A stretch of DNA of 62,978 nucleotides, the filler included, from Reticulomyxa filosa (taxonomy: Eukaryota > Protista > Foraminifera): NCBI GenBank assembly GCA_000512085.1. It is 14 parts of 14 records of this genome, joined end to end, with 100 filler letters (N's around TTAATTAATTAA, not from the genome) between each part and the next. Parts side by side here need not be neighbours in the genome. Positions count along the whole stretch, not along the records: positions 52,068 to 62,978 come from ASPP01015309.1; 13 more parts are not named here. One strand, given 5' to 3'. The position numbers were made by a program, and so were the translations under genes. Positions 57,542 through 62,978 of the stretch are shown one piece after another. Positions within the stretch are counted from its first letter, which is position 1; each line of letters starts with the position of its first letter. Under the pieces are notes generated by a model. It ran no database searches, had not been told where the DNA came from, and saw only the letters and a list, made by a program, of their open reading frames with translations.

Positions 57542-58103
57542 TTATTCCAGATCTTGAGGACTTGGTGAATGGGTATCTCCAATGAGAGGGTCACTCCCAG
57601 ATTTCCAAAATTTCTTGCACCCAACTCTGCAACAGACAAACAACAAGTTCATAGCCTCATCCGGGTTTTTCGACTGTGCATTGAAGAACACAGCCTCGTT
57701 ATTGCTACATTTTGGACATTTTACGTCTTTTGTGCGAGGTAAAGTTGGGTCTAATATTACATCCGGGTTTACAATTGCATCGATGCTAATTTTTTGTTTG
57801 TTATTTGTTTGGTTTGTTTTAGGAGGGGATAAAAAAACAAAGCAACACACTTGGTCTCTTCTTCCATTTGCACGTAATTGGTGTATACACAATATTGTTT
57901 TGGTCCTCTTTGAACGCTAATCTTGTTTTGACATTGCTTGCATTTGAACACCAAACGTTTTTGTTCTCTGTCCTCAACAGGGAACATCAAGTTGTTACTG
58001 TATTTATTATTTATTTTTAAATCTCTCAGATTATTTCACTTATTCTTTGTCTCTCTTCATTTATTTGTGTTGACAACACTTACCACTCGTCGCAGAAATT
58101 CAT
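57542..58103 (-). CDS. RPB9: RNA polymerase II subunit RPB9; 3 exons
   Basis: MNFCDEC|NNLMFPVED...FKCKQC; DPTLPRT; CPKCSNNEAVFF; LLFVCC. Confidence 0.95.
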
Positions 58104-58467
58104 GATATCCCGCTTTTTAACAACAAAAAAGTTTTTGTTGAAGTGTCCTGTGAGTTCATACAGAAAGTTTTCGACTTGCTTTTTTTCCCTAGTAAAACGC
58201 ATAAATAATAAGAATAAAGTCAGTGAAAAAGCAAATAAGTATTGCAACAACACATTGGAATGATATGCAGAGACTGATACATTGTCAAACGAACATTGTT
58301 AAAAATGGAAAAATACTTTGATTGTTGTCAACCAAAATCATCAATAACCATCAATTACTGGAAAAAAAAACACAACTCAAACTCAATAATATGCATTATC
58401 CTTTTTTTTTTGTTGCTGCAATCTTCCTTCTTTTTTTTTTTAATCGTTTGTAAAATTGATAACAAGT

Positions 58468-59543
58468 CTAATTTTTTTTGCCACGTTTGGAATCAAGAAT
58501 GACGAGCCTCTTGCCCGCCTTAAGCAAAACAAAGAAGTAAAACAAAGACATGAGATACACAAAGATCTGCGCAAATAAGGCAACACCTTTGGAGTGTCTA
58601 GTATAAGTAATATCAACACTACTGTTATACGTGTAGTAAATCACATAAGCGAGCCACACATTTCTCAAAAGGGGATAAGCGATCACCAAGCAAGCGCCAC
58701 TAAAAAAGTACAACACTGGAAGATTGAAAAATTTTGCAAAGTGCTTTGCATTTAAAAACAATGTGCTGTATTCAACCATATAAGAAGCACTCGAAATATA
58801 AAGCCCTATTTTATTATCAATTATGCGTTATGCAAGAGAGAGTTATATGCATGTATGCATGCACGTACGAAAGGATATATCCATTACGTGTATATAAATG
58901 TGGAAAAAATATATGTACGTATATATATATATTTATATATGTATATACATACATAAAAGTACGTAAATGAAATGAACAAACCTTCATAAGGCACACTATC
59001 ATAAATCAATAATGCGCCTGGACATAACGAAACAAATAGACAAACGTGGTGGATAAGCATAATCCGATTGTCAGAATGCACCCAATACTTTCGAATATAA
59101 GTAAGGGAATCAGTGACCAAATAGGCTTGTGACCAATTGCATGCAAATTTATATAGCATGGTGATGCCGAACGACAGTTGATAAGATTGATTGCTTGGCA
59201 CTACTTCTGTTGGCTCTTCGCATAATACGTAAGGAGTGCATCCAATTATCATCACACAACAATGCACTACCGACATCACACTGTTACCAAATTTGTCTAT
59301 TTCTGCTGCTTCCCTCTCTTTTTCCTGCTCAGTGGCTGGTTCTTTTTTCTTGCTCCCATTTTCACTTGCACGAGATTTAAAGTATTGTCGACAGAGCCAA
59401 CACCCAAACTCTTGCGTCAAGTAAAAGAAAAGGCAACCGCACAAAAATAACGCCACACTCAGACCATGTTTCCAAGGAGCTGTCACTGATTCCCAATATG
59501 TTATAAACGTTTTGGTTGATAATTGTTTTGGTGTGTTGGGCAT
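58468..59543 (-). CDS. TLC (TRAM/LAG1/CLN8) domain membrane protein; 2 exons
   Basis: SVMSVVH, AYLVTD, MLIHH, VEYSTLFLN; multiple TM helices. Confidence 0.8.
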
Positions 59544-59885
59544 AGCTAGAAATTGGTTTGGAATTTTTTTTGAATTAAAAAAAAAACAAACACACGTTTT
59601 CCTTTCAAAGGGGGTTTGCCAAGAAACTAAAGTGATTATTTGACAGTCTTTCTTGAGGACTATCAATGACCAGTATTACTCATTAGTAATATGTTCAATA
59701 ATTTAAACAACTCAAATAGACAATAAAAAAAATTTGAAGTGATTTTATTTTTTGATTTGATGCAGATCAAAATTTAAAAGCGATACTTGACTTACGATAT
59801 ACTTTGATGTTAGAAAACCCGACACATTTTTTTGTGGATGCCTCCCTTTTTTTTCTCTCAAAGTTGTCAAATTTCCTCGCTTCTC

Positions 59886-60353
59886 CTAAGTCTGTTGAAC
59901 TTTGGGAGAATCTTTACTTTTCTCATTAATTTGCTTTTTATAATGCTCAACTAAATTTCTAAACTCTGCTTGTTTTTTCTCTTCGGCCTTGGCATTGGCT
60001 ATTCTCTGTTCTCGAGGATGTATCATTTTTGGTATGCCAATTTGTTTCTGTCGCTCTTCTTGTCGACAACGTGTCAACTCATGCCAATACTTCATGCAAT
60101 GGGACAATTGTCCATTTTTTTCATTCATACATGTTTCAACAGTTGCATATTGTTCATAGCAAGGTTCTCCGGCCATCAGGAGCCCTCTTTTCTTACTCAA
60201 TTGTTTATCGGTTTCGCATGACTCACACTTTGTCGCTTTAACGCTTGGATTTTGAGACTCTGTAGTCTCTTTTTGGTAACTCATGCGGCTTGTCATCTCT
60301 TCCAGCTCGCTTAAGGGCACGGATACTCCGTCTTCAACTCTTCCCCTGCGCAT
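59886..60353 (-). CDS. Twin CX9C (CHCH) protein, putative mitochondrial intermembrane-space protein
   Basis: C-YEQYATVET-C-X10-C-MKYWHELTR-C; intronless 155-aa ORF. Confidence 0.65.
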   Translation of the reverse strand: MRRGRVEDGVSVPLSELEEMTSRMSYQKETTESQNPSVKATKCESCETDKQLSKKRGLLMAGEPCYEQYATVETCMNEKNGQLSHCMKYWHELTRCRQEERQKQIGIPKMIHPREQRIANAKAEEKKQAEFRNLVEHYKKQINEKSKDSPKVQQT

Positions 60354-60820
60354 TGTTTTATTGATTCCCGAGTTTTTTTTAAACTGTTGTTTCCCTTTTG
60401 TCAGGTCATAATGCTCTAGAAATTTCTTGGTTGATCAGAAAACTGTTTGCTGCATACTATTTGTTTCAATTCTAAACTTATCAAGAGAACTGAAGCAGCT
60501 GAAAGGATCAAATTCTAACATAGAACTTTTTAAGTGAAGAGAAAAAAGGATAAAATTTGGAACTTTCCAGAAAATAGCGTGCAGAATGTTTTAAAAATAT
60601 CGAAACTTATTGTTCTGAAATTGGTTGAGAATAAATTATTCAATTTTTTGTTTGACCGTGGTAACATTTCATAAAAAATGAAATAGATATTAGAAAACAA
60701 AAAAAATACAATAGATCAGACAACACATAACCCCATTGAAAATCCCTAACTGAACTTTAGTTAATGAGGGAAAAAAAGAAACAGCTTGGAGTTATAAAGA
60801 CAAATCAAATTCAACAAAGA

Positions 60821-62192
60821 TTATTTTGATCGTTTGTCCCCATGGTCCAAATGTTCCAATCGGTAAGGATTTTCAGCTTTGGGGTCTTCAGACAAGGGGG
60901 CTAAACCGTGGTTAATTCTTCGGTGATTGGCCTGTTATCAATCAAAAAGAAATTATTGCGTGCCGTTATGTTCCCAAAATGTGCAAAAAAAAAAAAAAAG
61001 ATGTGCAAATAAACTTCATCGCATCGCATTTGTGCAAACACATCTCTCCAAGTGGCCTCAGGAGACAAATGCCAATAGTTTCGAGCAATGTCGTCACACT
61101 TTTCCAAAAATTCGGGATATTTGCCACTGTCGATATCTTTCAGCAGCTCAGTATACTATATTTTTGATAACAAAAAAATAATTTTTGTATAAGTTTATCT
61201 CTTTTTTTTTTTAAAAAAAAAAAAAAAAAGAGATAAGCTTACAGTTTTGACTGCTTGTTCTTCCAAATATCCAACAAAACGATGGCAATATCTCGGGTTG
61301 ATCAAATACATTAAAAACAGGTAATTCGACCAAACACCTTGAGTAAGCAATACCCCATACCGAAAGGCTTTCCCTGGTTGATACAACTTCCTGAATTTTT
61401 TTTTTATTTATTTATTTTTTTTTTTATGTGGTCCCCCCCCCCCTCTCCTCGCCTCCTTTTGATACGTATACAAACACATAAAACCAACATTGCGACTAAT
61501 AAATGCATGCGTTCATTTTCAGCGTCTTCCAACAATGTATGAATCCATCCGTGATCGCGTTGAAGTGTACGTAGTGATTTCAAATGCCTTACCATGGCAA
61601 ACATCATTCCAGGAACGCCGGCAACTGTTTCCAAGAAACATATTCGCAATGCCCATTGCGATGAACTAAAGCGACCCAATCGCAACTTTTTCGCAAATGT
61701 GTACCCCGTTATCAAATCCCAACTAAACCGCAAGCACCACACCGTCGCGTATGCAAAGTGATCGCTCCACGTCTCCGGCTTCACATGTGTCAATTCCACA
61801 TTCTTGCATTCTTCTTCGCTCCACACATAACGAGGCAATAAATAGTCCTTTTTTTTTTTGATTGCATATATAGAAAAGTTTATATATTTAAAGTAGTTAA
61901 TTTATTTATTTTTAACTTCAAAAACTTCTTTTTCTTTTGTTCGTGGATGCGCGGTAGGGGGGGCCGGATCAGCACCCGATATAACATTTTTCATATGGTT
62001 TACAACCCCCGTTTTGGGAGGGGCGTTACTAGGTTCGGTTCCGTTCCATCTTCGGCTTGCTGAAAAGAGTGGAGCCACGGCACACTGTCTTGGAAACCTA
62101 TGGGCTGCCGTATTTCTCATTAGTCCAACTCGCATTTTTGGGCTATTATGAAATAATTGTTTTATATTTGACGATAACAAAAGTTTTGTCAT
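60821..62192 (-). CDS. AOX: Mitochondrial alternative oxidase; 5 exons
   Basis: Basic N-terminal presequence; LETVAGVPG, LLEDAENERMHL, HRFVGYLEEQA, RCDE|ANHR di-iron motifs. Confidence 0.96.
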
Positions 62193-62820
62193 TATATTTT
62201 GTAATTAAAAATTTCTAACTTGCTTTTTTTTCCCCGAAATTCAACTAATTGAAGACTCACCTTCGCTTTTTTATTAATTTTTAACTCAGGTTCTGTGTAC
62301 AAATATCGATCAATTACAATAGCTGTGTTAGGTTAAATGTTTTGTTTATAAAATTTTCAAGTGTTAGATTGATATTTTTTGGTAAAGCAAGTATAGTGGA
62401 TCAGAAAGTAAATTTCAGTGAAAAAACAAAAAAAATTCAAATTTTTCACGTTGTGTAACAAATACAACGTAAGTAAACAGACAAAAATAAACGTTCAGCG
62501 AGGAGACAAATCTCAAAACGCTGAACCACAAACAAAACTCAAAATGATTATCAATGTATCAAAACTAATATCAAACGGAATGACAAAACAACAAAACAAT
62601 AATACAACGAAATGGAAATGAAACAGAACATTCAAGCAAATAGTCAACAAATCACGTTAAGTTGACAAAGTAATATTTTCTGAACAAATAAAAATTTAAA
62701 TAACAAAAGGTTATAATATAAAACACAAATAAATACATAAATAAAATAATGTGATTTAATAATAACACAAAAGGGCAATGTTGATAAAGATTTGGTATTT
62801 GTTTCATTAGATGATCTTGA

Positions 62821-62854
62821 TACAGTATGTTGCAAAGAAAACTGAACGCATAAA
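62821..62854 (+). repeat. Second copy of putative Tc1/mariner-type terminal repeat
   Basis: 34-bp identity with 11299-11332, starting at TA|CAGT. Confidence 0.6.
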
Positions 62855-62978
62855 CGATATAATAAGATTATAATTGATTTTCTAAATGAAAAATCAGCAT
62901 TTATAACTAATTTTTTTTATTTTAAAAAAATATCTACAAATCTTGTAGTTTTTAAATATGAAATTGAAATTGGTTTTT

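Overview
This is not one locus. It is 14 unrelated contigs joined by 13 identical 100-bp artificial spacers (N44-TTAATTAATTAA-N44). Thirteen contigs are AT-rich eukaryotic DNA with short GT-AG introns, long homopolymer runs and decayed NACHT/HEAT/ankyrin genes. My impression is a rhizarian protist such as the foraminiferan Reticulomyxa, but this is unverified. One 1-kb contig (13069-14099) is GC-rich bacterial DNA encoding an amino-acid permease. Recognisable genes: a bacterial-type GH55 beta-1,3-glucanase with introns, an IQCA1/DRC11-like gene lacking its AAA domain, a CSRNP-like gene with an inserted SAP motif, a tandem double adenylate kinase, a nitronate monooxygenase ending in SKL, phospholipase B-like, PABPN1, FBPase, an RluA-type pseudouridine synthase, TyrRS, a decayed midasin-like fragment, an LPMO-like protein lacking the His-brace, CAND1, RPB9, a TLC-domain protein, a twin-CX9C protein and alternative oxidase. 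Mobile DNA comprises a near-full-length degenerate CRE/SLACS-like RLE retrotransposon, other LINE relics and a Tc1/mariner-like end shared by two contigs. The best leads are the His-less LPMO-like protein, the CSRNP-SAP protein, the intron-bearing GH55, and a recurrent intron architecture with poly(A) rather than polypyrimidine tracts before the 3' AG plus internal hairpins. All family assignments come from motifs recognised by eye, not from database searches.
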